Shown: in pieces, positions 50,605-59,278 of the stretch
How the letters are laid out: each line of letters starts with the position of its first letter
How positions within the stretch are numbered: position 1 is the stretch's first letter
DNA from: a virus
IMG/VR virus record: IMGVR_UViG_3300017971_000033
DNA: 64,000 nt
Direction: 5' to 3' (one strand)
The notes under the pieces: generated by a model
Database searches by the model: none
What the model was told of the DNA's origin: nothing
The model's input: only the letters and a program-made list of their open reading frames with translations
Made by a program: the position numbers and the translations under genes

Positions 50605-51480
50605 ATGAAGGTAGGAATATTTACTCCGGGGGATAACAAGGTTCACCAAAAGGCGCTCAAGGCTTTTGCGGAAGGCGTGGCAAAGGTCAACGAAGATGTC
50701 ACCATCTACTCGGTTGATAACTACACGCCGGTCGATGTCGCCATTGTTTTCGGTATCGGCAAGCAGGGAGTCCCGTGTTCCTATGCTCGCGGCAACGTTA
50801 TACGCCAACAGCGCCTTGCAGGGAAAGATGTCATTGTCATCGAGAAGGGCTTTGTCAAGCGCGATGAGTATTACATGGTCGGTCTGAACGGACTGAACAA
50901 CCATGCTGAATTCCATAACCTTGCGTGTCCGGCCGATCGGTGGGAACTCCTCGATGTGAACCTGCATCCCCGGAGAACCGAAGGTCAGCACATTATTGTT
51001 TGCGGACAGGTCCCGTCAGACGCCAGCGTGCAAGACATTGACATTATCCAGTGGTGCCAAAAGACCTGCACTGACCTGAGATCCATGACTGACAAGCCGG
51101 TTGTATTCCGTGCACATCCGCTTGCCCGCAGCAGGACACCTGACATGCTAGGGGTAATCAACTCCCGCAATGACACGCTGATGGATGATTTATACGGAGC
51201 TTATGCCTGTATTACATATAATTCCAACGCGGCTGTTGAGGCGGTCATCGCAGGAGTGCCGGCCTTTTCTTTTAACGCGGGGAGTATGGCGCACAACGTT
51301 ACAAGCCACGATCTGCGAATGATCAACAACCCCTTCTTCCCGTCAGAGTCGGCCCGTAAGCAATGGGCTTGCGATCTTGCTTATACGCAATGGACTCTTG
51401 ATGAGATGCGTACCGGTAGACCTTACCTGCGGCTGATGTCTAGCGGCTTCTCTTTCAGCGAGGTTCAGAATGGAGATTAA
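50605..51480 (+). CDS. glycosyltransferase-like protein resembling capsule KpsS/KpsC (Capsule_synth) Kdo-transferase-type enzymes
   Basis: IIVCGQVPSDASV, FRAHPL and ITYNSNAAVEAVIAGVPAFSFNAGSMA parallel the LQVxxDSQ / HP / TxNSxxGxEAxxxGxPV pattern. Recognised from memory only. Confidence 0.5.
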   Translation: MKVGIFTPGDNKVHQKALKAFAEGVAKVNEDVTIYSVDNYTPVDVAIVFGIGKQGVPCSYARGNVIRQQRLAGKDVIVIEKGFVKRDEYYMVGLNGLNNHAEFHNLACPADRWELLDVNLHPRRTEGQHIIVCGQVPSDASVQDIDIIQWCQKTCTDLRSMTDKPVVFRAHPLARSRTPDMLGVINSRNDTLMDDLYGAYACITYNSNAAVEAVIAGVPAFSFNAGSMAHNVTSHDLRMINNPFFPSESARKQWACDLAYTQWTLDEMRTGRPYLRLMSSGFSFSEVQNGD

Positions 51481-51763
51481 CACCATGCAAGCAGGCATAG
51501 CTCTTGTCATAACGATTGTCGGCGGTACCGTAGCGACAACCAGTTACTTTGTAACAAAGGAAAGCCACGAGAAAGAGATGGTCGTAATGGAACAGCAATC
51601 AGGCGACATCTACCGCGGCATCCGTATTGAGCAGCTTGAGGATAGGGTTTACATCCTCGAAGAAGCAAGGAAGGGACGCGCATTGACTACTGACGAAAAG
51701 ATCCGGCTAGACGCTGCGCAGGAATCACTGAAAGAACTCTACAAACAGGAGGAAAGACGATGA
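51470..51763 (+). CDS. membrane-anchored coiled-coil protein (alternative start 51485)
   Basis: MQAGIALVITIVGGTVATTSYFV TM segment followed by charged helix-forming sequence. Confidence 0.7.
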   Translation: MEINTMQAGIALVITIVGGTVATTSYFVTKESHEKEMVVMEQQSGDIYRGIRIEQLEDRVYILEEARKGRALTTDEKIRLDAAQESLKELYKQEERR

Positions 51764-52071
51764 GCGAAGAGCAGCAAATGATTATGGCGCATGATATGAC
51801 GATTGCCCCGAAATTCCAGATTGACACGGGTATGCACGTGCTTGCCATGAATACCATCATCAGCCATGTGGCTGTGCCGCCTGATTTCAATGCGGCATCG
51901 AAAGACGCGCCCAAGCCGCGCTTTATAAAGCAGCAGCTTTTTAACCTGACGCTTCCGACAGAGATGGATCCGCGTGAACTGGCAACCGCCTTGCGTAATT
52001 ACGCCGACAATCTGGACAAGTATGTTGACGATAATCCACAAGCTGAGGAGTCCTCCGATGCGGTGGGATAA
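51760..52071 (+). CDS. hypothetical protein
   Basis: ORF track; ATGA overlap. Confidence 0.75.
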   Translation: MSEEQQMIMAHDMTIAPKFQIDTGMHVLAMNTIISHVAVPPDFNAASKDAPKPRFIKQQLFNLTLPTEMDPRELATALRNYADNLDKYVDDNPQAEESSDAVG

Positions 52072-53086
52072 TCCGATCTATTGCAAGTGGCTTGAGTTGC
52101 CCGATGTGGCATCGCTCTATCCAGAGGAAAAGCAAAACCGACTTGATGATGACTATGACCCTTGGATCCTCGATGTCGCGGTTACGCGCGGCGATGAGCA
52201 CTCCTTCATGGAGGAGATCCGGTTTGCTATGCACGGCCTCGATGATCCGGCTTTGTTCGACAGGATCCGAAAGCAGTTCCGGGTATATCGCAACAACATG
52301 GTCAGACCGCCGCACAGCAACCATGAGATGATCTTGACACGGGAGCCGGCCAACTCGGTTTTCCAGTCGATCTATAACAATGGGATCTGGATGGGGCAGG
52401 TTGACACAAGCAAGATCAATGTCGGCAAGCTGGTAGACAAGTGGCTGGCAAAGCCTGATTGGCAACCGCCTCCGGGAACCTATGACCGCGGCGAGATGCT
52501 TGGAGCTGAATACATCAAGACGCTACAAGCCGAACTCACCAAGCGCGGAATACTGGAAGCGGCAAGCGCCTATAAGGGGAAGCCGCTAAAAGTCGCAGGA
52601 GCTTATCTGCATATCAGCACGCCGACCGATCAGCACTACCGGCAATTCGGCGGCTATGACGCACCAGTCAATCCGTGGATCAATACACACATCGACCCCA
52701 AGGAGGATTGCATGAAGGCGATCATCTACCTTGAGGGCATCGAAATTAACAACGGCCCTTTTCACTTCATCGAAGGAAGCCATCGCTTTGTTATACCAGC
52801 GCACAAGGAAATACTTGGCAGGGCGTTATGCACCGGCAACTACATGCAGACCCCGGAAGAACGCGCGCCGATTCTTGCCATGCCGAAACCGTTGCGGGTC
52901 TCGTATAACTTTGGCCGCTTTGTCGAAGAGAACTCAGTCTTGAGCCAAGAGATGCTTTTATTCAGACGGACACTTTTGTCCGCAGCAGAGACAAACATCG
53001 CAGTGTTCGATGCAGGCGCAGGCATCCATCAAGGCGGGGTTGTCGAGAAAGGGCGCCGCGTCAACCTGCAAGTGCTAATGAAATAA
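52058..53086 (+). CDS. PhyH-like Fe(II)/2-oxoglutarate dioxygenase
   Basis: Start MRWDNPIYCK... at 52058, preceded by GAGGAG. NTHIDPKED supplies HxD, and IEINNGPFHFIEGSHRF matches the PhyH GxxxxxPGSH region. Confidence 0.7.
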   Translation: MRWDNPIYCKWLELPDVASLYPEEKQNRLDDDYDPWILDVAVTRGDEHSFMEEIRFAMHGLDDPALFDRIRKQFRVYRNNMVRPPHSNHEMILTREPANSVFQSIYNNGIWMGQVDTSKINVGKLVDKWLAKPDWQPPPGTYDRGEMLGAEYIKTLQAELTKRGILEAASAYKGKPLKVAGAYLHISTPTDQHYRQFGGYDAPVNPWINTHIDPKEDCMKAIIYLEGIEINNGPFHFIEGSHRFVIPAHKEILGRALCTGNYMQTPEERAPILAMPKPLRVSYNFGRFVEENSVLSQEMLLFRRTLLSAAETNIAVFDAGAGIHQGGVVEKGRRVNLQVLMK

Positions 53087-53123
53087 AACGCCGATAATTT
53101 TAATCACACAGAGGAGCATTAAA

Positions 53124-53861
53124 GTGACCTTGAATCTATCTGACTCCGTATTGCAGCGACGGGTATTCAATCAAAATATCTACAACCTTCACCGGCAGCA
53201 CTATATGCTCGGGCAAACCGCGAAGTTCATTGACAAGAATTCCATTGTTCTCGATATCGGCGCGGCGGTTGGTATGTATACGCACTTCTGGGCCGGTCTT
53301 GCCAAGCATGTATATTCCTTCGAGGCTGTGCCGCCAGTTTATGAGCAGCTCAAGCTGGTTGCCGACAGGAATGACAATGTGACCGCGATCAACTACGCCG
53401 TTGGTAGAGAGGACAAGGATGAAGTTACTTTCTACGTTGATGACAAGCGGCTATCCAATAGCGGTCTCCGGGATCTTGTCGGCGGTCAGCCGATAACCGT
53501 TGAGATGGTGTCTATTGACTCATGGGCGCAGTCATGGATTGATAGCTCACCGGATAACATGGGAATTGGTCTCATCAAGATCGATGTCGAAGGCAATGAA
53601 CTGGATGTCTTGCGCGGCGCTACGTTGACCATATCAAACGAGCGGCCAGCGGTTATGTGCGAGGTTTATCCGAAATTCAATGACGGCCCTGTTGCTGATA
53701 CCTTCCACTTCCTGATGGATATTGGATACCGGTGCTTTTATAACATCCGGGGACAAGGCTTAAAGGAAATCACCTCGGTCGCAGAAGGCGTCGATGTCGC
53801 CAGCAACGAGCAGCTTATTCCGCTGCATGACGGCGACTTCCTGTTTGTCTACAAGGACTGA
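53124..53861 (+). CDS. FkbM-family methyltransferase
   Basis: GTG start preceded by AGAGGAG. VLDIGAAVGMYTHFWA...VYSFEAVPPVYEQL...IKIDVEGNELDVLRGA is the FkbM pattern. Confidence 0.82.
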   Translation: MTLNLSDSVLQRRVFNQNIYNLHRQHYMLGQTAKFIDKNSIVLDIGAAVGMYTHFWAGLAKHVYSFEAVPPVYEQLKLVADRNDNVTAINYAVGREDKDEVTFYVDDKRLSNSGLRDLVGGQPITVEMVSIDSWAQSWIDSSPDNMGIGLIKIDVEGNELDVLRGATLTISNERPAVMCEVYPKFNDGPVADTFHFLMDIGYRCFYNIRGQGLKEITSVAEGVDVASNEQLIPLHDGDFLFVYKD

Positions 53862-53863
53862 GC

Positions 53864-53980
53864 ATGAACGTTGAACTTCTAATCGGCCTCGGGCTTTTCC
53901 TGATAGCATTAGCGGCTATTGTCAAGTTATATGTTCGGTGGTGGTGCGAGAACGCGCACAGGTTAGGCGATGGCGATTGA
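53864..53980 (+). CDS. small membrane protein candidate (38 aa)
   Basis: MNVELLIGLGLFLIALAAIVKLYVRWWCENAHRLGDGD. Overlaps the next start. Below the ORF-track cutoff. Confidence 0.4.
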   Translation: MNVELLIGLGLFLIALAAIVKLYVRWWCENAHRLGDGD

Positions 53981-54596
53981 ACTAGAGAACTCGATCTTCA
54001 TTCATATTCCCAAAACGGGAGGCCGTTGGGTTGCCAATGTCTTGAGGAAAATGGGATACAAGGACATCGGTGATCCTATCTATCAGGCGCATGAATGTCC
54101 GCAGGTGGATGGCAAGCCGGCCTTTGCTTTTGTCCGGCATCCTGTAACGATGCTGAATAGTCTTTGGCACCACCGCGCGCGTAAGCACACCAACACCAGA
54201 CACAAGGATTGGAACTGGCAGCAGGATCATCGGCTGGAGAAGGAGTGCGGGTGTCCCGATCTCCGGGAATTCTATGGCCGCGTCGCAGAACGTCCGGGGA
54301 TTGTTTGGGAATATTACATGGAGTGGATGCATTACTATGATTCCTTTTCCCTATGGAAATACGAGGATCTTGCAAACGAGTTGATCCGCGCCTTGCAGTA
54401 TTACGAGGAGCGCTTTGACGCAGACTTTATCAGGGCCAGCGCAAAGCAGGTTATCGGTGGCACAAAGAACCCGCTACGGATAATGCAGGAAGCGCCTTAT
54501 TATGCTTACCGGATTATTGCTAATGAATCGCAGCTATACCGGCGATTTGGCTATGACGATTTTATGCTCAAGAGGATCTTGGAAAATGAAACGTAG
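53970..54596 (+). CDS. sulfotransferase (carbohydrate sulfotransferase-like)
   Basis: IFIHIPKTGGRW is the PAPS 5'-phosphosulfate loop (compare HIQKTGGT in HS6ST-type enzymes). FAFVRHPVTMLNSLWHH is the 3'-phosphate-binding RxPxxRxxS-like motif. Confidence 0.75.
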   Translation: MAIELENSIFIHIPKTGGRWVANVLRKMGYKDIGDPIYQAHECPQVDGKPAFAFVRHPVTMLNSLWHHRARKHTNTRHKDWNWQQDHRLEKECGCPDLREFYGRVAERPGIVWEYYMEWMHYYDSFSLWKYEDLANELIRALQYYEERFDADFIRASAKQVIGGTKNPLRIMQEAPYYAYRIIANESQLYRRFGYDDFMLKRILENET

Positions 54597-54960
54597 AGAG
54601 TTCTTCAAGCTGTTCGGCAAGGCCGCAGGTGCCGTAGGACTCGGTGCTATAGCAAACAAAATACCGGCAGCTACTCCTGCTGTCATGGAACCAGCACCGA
54701 AGGCAGTAAGCAGTGAAGGGGAGTGGGTGTGTTTTTCGTTTTATCCGCAAAGCATCGAGATGGGATTAGAGCCGGGAGATGTGGTGCAGGTGTCTCGGGG
54801 CCTAATTATCGGGATGGACGATGACGGCCGCGTGACCGAGTGCATGATTAAACCAAAGCAGCAACTCATCAACGTGAGAATTCACGAAATCGAATACGAG
54901 GCCGGATGGACGGGCTATGACGGCCCGATTGTTTGCCGCGTAAAGGGGAAAGTAGCATGA
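54586..54960 (+). CDS. small exported protein with a twin-arginine (Tat) signal peptide
   Basis: Start MKRREFFKLFGKAAGAVGLGAIANKIPAATPA... at 54586. KRREFFK fits the S/T-R-R-x-F-L-K motif. Confidence 0.65.
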   Translation: MKRREFFKLFGKAAGAVGLGAIANKIPAATPAVMEPAPKAVSSEGEWVCFSFYPQSIEMGLEPGDVVQVSRGLIIGMDDDGRVTECMIKPKQQLINVRIHEIEYEAGWTGYDGPIVCRVKGKVA

Positions 54961-55691
54961 TCAGAATCTTCATCGGCTATGACTATGCGGAAGCCGCCGC
55001 ATACCATACGCTATGCCATAGCATCATTGAGAGGTCATCGGTGCCGGTATCAATCACGCCGATCGCCAAGCGACACTTTAAGCATATCCACGACAGGCCG
55101 ACAGACCCAAACCAGTCAAACGAGTTTGCCTTCACGCGCTGGCTAGTGCCGTACCTTTGCGGGTACAAGGGTTGGGCCATCTTCATGGACTGCGACATGC
55201 TCGTGCTCGATGACATCAATAACCTCTGGAAAATCAGGGACGAGAACTACGCGGTGCAGGTTGTCAAGCACGACCATCAGCCGAAGAACAAGATCAAATA
55301 CCTTGGCACCAAGCAAACGCTCTACCGTTACAAGAACTGGTCATCGGTCATGCTGATGAATACCGCAAAATGCAAGCAGCTAACCCCGGAAGTGATAAAT
55401 GAGATGCACGGGCTGGATCTCCACCAGTTCAAGTGGCTGGACGGCCTACACCAAATCGGTGACTTGCCACTAGAATGGAATTACCTTGTGGATTATTATC
55501 ACAACAGGAGCGCAGACACCCTGAGCTTACTGCACTACACAGAGGGAGGCCCGTATTTCCGGGATTATACTGACTGCGATTTTGCAGACCTCTGGTGGCG
55601 CGAGTGGCATGCGATGAACCATTGCAATAATGCCAGCTTCGACACGCACCGGGACATAAGGATCAGGAGCGATAGAGATGGCGACGATTGA
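54957..55691 (+). CDS. GT8-like glycosyltransferase
   Basis: Start MIRIFIGYDYAEAAAYH... at 54957 (ATGA). FAFTRWLVPYLCGYKGWAIFMDCDMLVLDDI provides DXD. KNWSSVMLMN and DLPLEWNYLV match the phage GT8-like family pattern. Confidence 0.82.
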   Translation: MIRIFIGYDYAEAAAYHTLCHSIIERSSVPVSITPIAKRHFKHIHDRPTDPNQSNEFAFTRWLVPYLCGYKGWAIFMDCDMLVLDDINNLWKIRDENYAVQVVKHDHQPKNKIKYLGTKQTLYRYKNWSSVMLMNTAKCKQLTPEVINEMHGLDLHQFKWLDGLHQIGDLPLEWNYLVDYYHNRSADTLSLLHYTEGGPYFRDYTDCDFADLWWREWHAMNHCNNASFDTHRDIRIRSDRDGDD

Positions 55692-56193
55692 TGCGACGAT
55701 AGGCGGGGCAAATAGCAATAGTTATGTCACGCATGCTTATGCTTCTTCCTTCTGGGCTGATTCGATTTATTCAGCCAATTGGGATGGATACACGGCAGAC
55801 GATCAGAACAAGCTGCTCATCATGGCGACGCGCACGCTGGATGACTGGTATGACTGGAAAGGCTCGAAGGCAACCGACACGCAGGCGCTACGCTGGCCGC
55901 GTTACGGAGTCGATGATCAAGATGGCTACTGGATTGACAGCGATGCGCTTCCGGTAAACCTCAAGGATGCCACGGTTGAGCTTGCTGGATACCTTGCCAA
56001 TGTAAATCCAAGCGCTGAACCTGACACAAAGGGATTCAGACGGATCAAGGTTGATGTGCTTGAGCTGGAGATCGACAAAGCAGACCGCGACAGCACGACC
56101 GCAATCCCGGATTCAGTTATGAAGATGCTAGATCACCTCGGGGCGGTAAAGTCCCGCGGCGGCGATGCTAGCGTCAAGCTGGTGAGGACTTAA
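55678..56193 (+). CDS. head-tail adaptor / connector protein (gp6-like)
   Basis: GGANSNSYVTHAYASSFW is a typical N-terminus of this family. First structural gene after the island. Confidence 0.7.
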   Translation: MATIDATIGGANSNSYVTHAYASSFWADSIYSANWDGYTADDQNKLLIMATRTLDDWYDWKGSKATDTQALRWPRYGVDDQDGYWIDSDALPVNLKDATVELAGYLANVNPSAEPDTKGFRRIKVDVLELEIDKADRDSTTAIPDSVMKMLDHLGAVKSRGGDASVKLVRT

Positions 56194-56196
56194 CCA

Positions 56197-56571
56197 GTGG
56201 GTCTCCGGGAAACAATGTCAAAGGCCGCTCAGACGGCCTTCACGGCGGCTGGTGACATACCTGTTGCTACCACGTACTACCAACGCGGTTCTACCGTCTA
56301 TGACGCCTCTACGGGCACCGTGTCAGCCGGTGTGAACACGTATCTATTCTCCATGATCTTCGCCGCGTTCAAGAGCAACGAAATAGACAACGAACATATT
56401 TTGGCGACCGATCAAAAGGGATTAGTGCCGCAGGCGAATTTCAGCACTATCCCGGCCGTTGGAGATTACCTCTTCATTGTCGAAAGTGGCGCTAGTGTTC
56501 GCTATGACGTTCAAGGATTCAAGAAGGATCCTGCTGACGCGCTTTGGACGTTGCAACTCCGTAAACCATGA
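56197..56571 (+). CDS. head-tail joining protein candidate (start GTG 56197 or ATG 56215)
   Basis: ORF track; position in the neck module. Confidence 0.7.
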   Translation: MGLRETMSKAAQTAFTAAGDIPVATTYYQRGSTVYDASTGTVSAGVNTYLFSMIFAAFKSNEIDNEHILATDQKGLVPQANFSTIPAVGDYLFIVESGASVRYDVQGFKKDPADALWTLQLRKP

Positions 56572-57032
56572 CAAAGATAAGGTTCACAAATGTTAAGCAA
56601 TTTGAAAAAGACCTCCGTACCATTGCGCGCGAGTTTGAGGATGACATTGAGCTTGTCATTAGCAACGTTGCTTTGCGGCTTTATGCTGGGATTACTAAAC
56701 GCACACCTGTTGATCTTGGCTATGCTCGTGCTAATTGGAATCTCTCGATTGGAGACATCGATACCTCAACAACCCCGCGGGATGCGTGGAACGATGGCGG
56801 CGAAGAGGCTGCTACATCCATCAACGACGCCAGAGCCTCGCAATTTGCACAGCAATCGGTTTTAACGACTCCCCGTGTATGGATCACCAACAGCGTCCCG
56901 TATATCATCTTCCTCGAGATGGGGCGCACAAAACAAATCGACCAAGACAGAGGCTTCATGGTTCAGCGTACTTTTGCGACGGTGCAGAAAGCGATTTTTG
57001 AAGAAGCCAAGAACATAAGGAATTTTGAATGA
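56568..57032 (+). CDS. HK97 gp10-like neck / tail-completion protein
   Basis: TPVDLGYARANWNLSIG matches the gp10-family P.DTGxLRxSW motif. Confidence 0.7.
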   Translation: MTKIRFTNVKQFEKDLRTIAREFEDDIELVISNVALRLYAGITKRTPVDLGYARANWNLSIGDIDTSTTPRDAWNDGGEEAATSINDARASQFAQQSVLTTPRVWITNSVPYIIFLEMGRTKQIDQDRGFMVQRTFATVQKAIFEEAKNIRNFE

Positions 57033-57430
57033 CGCCGGACGACGCCCGCAGGGCTATTGAGCAAAGGCTGGTTGATAATTGGGTCTCCACCGATATCGAC
57101 ATCAATGCCAATGTGCCTTTCTCTGCGCCGCCGCTGGATGCGAGTTATATAAAACTCGATATATTGAGAGATGACCGTGAGCGGCTCAACATCGGAACGG
57201 ACAAGCCGGTTGTGCGTCAGCATGGAACAATCGTCATCAGGATCTACACGCCGCCAGAGGCCGGCACGAGGCTCGGCATTGACTATGGCAACACGCTTGC
57301 GGAATTATTCCGGGAAGTAAAGTTCGGCGGTGTAAAAACACGCCAGCCTAATGTCAAGAGCGCTGGTGAATTTCAAAAGCGGTGGCAGACAAATATGCTT
57401 GTGTCTTTCCAGTGGGAGAGTGACACATGA
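57029..57430 (+). CDS. tail terminator-like protein (DUF4128-like), paralog 1
   Basis: IEQRLVDNWVSTDIDINANVPF... is closely paralogous to the next gene. Confidence 0.75.
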   Translation: MTPDDARRAIEQRLVDNWVSTDIDINANVPFSAPPLDASYIKLDILRDDRERLNIGTDKPVVRQHGTIVIRIYTPPEAGTRLGIDYGNTLAELFREVKFGGVKTRQPNVKSAGEFQKRWQTNMLVSFQWESDT

Positions 57431-57831
57431 GTTTTTCCACGGTAGAGCGTGACATAGAACAACGGCTGCTTGACAATTGGGTTGCCACGGAAGTCGATAT
57501 CAATCCAAATGTAGACTTTGAAACGCCAGCCCCGGGAACAGACTGGATCAAGTTGGAGATCCTCCATGACGGAGCGCAACGCGCAGGGCCGGGACAGCCT
57601 GCCGTGATTCGGCATAGGGGAAGGATCCGCGTTGATATCTTTACATCGTTAGACACCGGGACGGCTGGATCAAATGTATATTTGAATATACTTTTCAGCT
57701 TATTCGAGGAGGCGCAATTTGGCGGGGTCATTTGCGAGACAGCAATCACCAACGGAGGCGGTCAACATCGTGGATGGTGGAGGGAGCGTGTAGAGTTTCC
57801 CTTCTGGTGGGATGGCCGATATAACACTTGA
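57427..57831 (+). CDS. tail terminator-like protein (DUF4128-like), paralog 2
   Basis: IEQRLLDNWVATEVDINPNVDF... Contains copy 3 of the palindromic motif. Confidence 0.75.
   Translation: MSFSTVERDIEQRLLDNWVATEVDINPNVDFETPAPGTDWIKLEILHDGAQRAGPGQPAVIRHRGRIRVDIFTSLDTGTAGSNVYLNILFSLFEEAQFGGVICETAITNGGGQHRGWWRERVEFPFWWDGRYNT
57675..57691. promoter_or_regulatory. copy 3 of the palindromic motif (TGTATATTTGAATATAC)
   Basis: Exact 17-nt identity with 19047-19063. Lies inside a CDS, about 350 nt upstream of the tail tube gene. Confidence 0.4.
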
Positions 57832-58044
57832 AACCTCATACCCGAGTCCTGCATGAGACTCTACTCAGAATTCTAAAAGGACTCGTCAAGGCTTACGGGC
57901 AATGGCTTGCTGCCGCTATTGCGGACACCGAAAAAAACAAGGATAATTAGTCTCTAGTCAGCTCGCCCTTCGGCAACGTTCAAACGCCGCACCGAATACT
58001 CAGCCACCTGACTCCATACAATCTGAAACTGATGGAGGCTACCA

Positions 58045-59238
58045 ATGGCTGATTTTGCTGACAGTAATCTAGTTGCGCTTCGCTACTTCCCAGAGACCAC
58101 ATGGGGAGTCGAGGCCAGCTCCGAAACAATGCAGGCGCTGAACTATTCGTCTGAATCCCTCAAGTCTAACGTTCAAACCGTTACCTCGGAGACAATCCGC
58201 TCAGACCGCAACGTGTCCGACATCACTCCTGTCGGTGGTGGCGCTGGCGGCGATGTCGGTTTTGAACTGCGTTACGGCGACATCGATGAACTGATTGCCG
58301 GGGCCATGCTCAACGATTGGGTGTCGGCTCGCGTTTCCACCGCGGTTGCATCCGCTTACTTCTCCGGGACGACCGTAACGATCTCCGATCAGGTGCACAA
58401 CGGTGCATATCAGGTCGGTCAGTTCTTCCGTGTATCCAATGCAACCACTTCCGGCAATGATGGCGACTTCCGCGTGAGTGCGGTAACAAGCGTTGATGTC
58501 AGCACGGTAACGCTTAGCCTTGCTACGGCGAGCTCGGGCGCTGATATCGCCTTTGCTGGTGAGGTCTTTGGTGCATCGACCAAGCTGCAAGGCAACAATA
58601 TCCGCAACGGCACTACCAAGAAATCCTATACGATTGAGAAGTCGTTTTCCGATGTCAGCACGACTGCGGTCTATACCGGCATGCGCGTGACCTCGATGGC
58701 GCTGAACTTCGAGTCTCAGTCAATTCTTTCCGGTAGCTTCGGCTTTACTGGTAAGACGCAGACCACGGCAAGCGCAACTATTGCTTCCGCCGTCGCGGCT
58801 GCGGCCACAACCGATATCATGAACGCATCGGGTAATGTCGGCAGTGTATGGGAGGGTGGACAGGCCGTGACAGGTGTTTGTTTCCAGACCCTGAGCATTG
58901 ATCTGAACAACAACCCGCGTGAGCAGGCTTGTGTCGGTAGTGACACGCTGCAAGGTGTCGGCCTTGGCCGTTGCGAGATTACCGGAAACATTACCGCGTA
59001 TTTCGAGAACAACGCGCTGATCGACAAGTTCACATCGAATACCAAGAGCAACTTCCGCTTCCAAGTTACCGACAACGCTGGCAACAGCTATATTGTCGAT
59101 GTTCCGCGAGTCACTTACACTGACTTCACGATTGCAGCCGGTGGCGGCAATCAGGACATCGTGCAGGATGGCACATGGGGTGCTTCGGTAGACAGCAGCG
59201 GTTCTTATGCAATCCAGATCACTTCGCTGGAAGGCTAA
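58045..59238 (+). CDS. major tail (tube) protein
   Basis: GGAGG upstream, after a 213-nt gap. Position before the chaperone and tape measure. N-terminal pattern ALRYFPETTWG...TSETIRSDRNVSD...GGDVGFELRYGD. Confidence 0.75.
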   Translation: MADFADSNLVALRYFPETTWGVEASSETMQALNYSSESLKSNVQTVTSETIRSDRNVSDITPVGGGAGGDVGFELRYGDIDELIAGAMLNDWVSARVSTAVASAYFSGTTVTISDQVHNGAYQVGQFFRVSNATTSGNDGDFRVSAVTSVDVSTVTLSLATASSGADIAFAGEVFGASTKLQGNNIRNGTTKKSYTIEKSFSDVSTTAVYTGMRVTSMALNFESQSILSGSFGFTGKTQTTASATIASAVAAAATTDIMNASGNVGSVWEGGQAVTGVCFQTLSIDLNNNPREQACVGSDTLQGVGLGRCEITGNITAYFENNALIDKFTSNTKSNFRFQVTDNAGNSYIVDVPRVTYTDFTIAAGGGNQDIVQDGTWGASVDSSGSYAIQITSLEG

Positions 59239-59278
59239 GGATTAACTTGACCAACTCACCAACAGAGAGGATGGAATT

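Noticed and set aside
51470-51763. The TM-plus-coiled-coil protein as an i-spanin or holin of a lysis cassette
   Set aside because: There is no endolysin or o-spanin lipobox gene nearby, and it sits inside the sugar-enzyme island.
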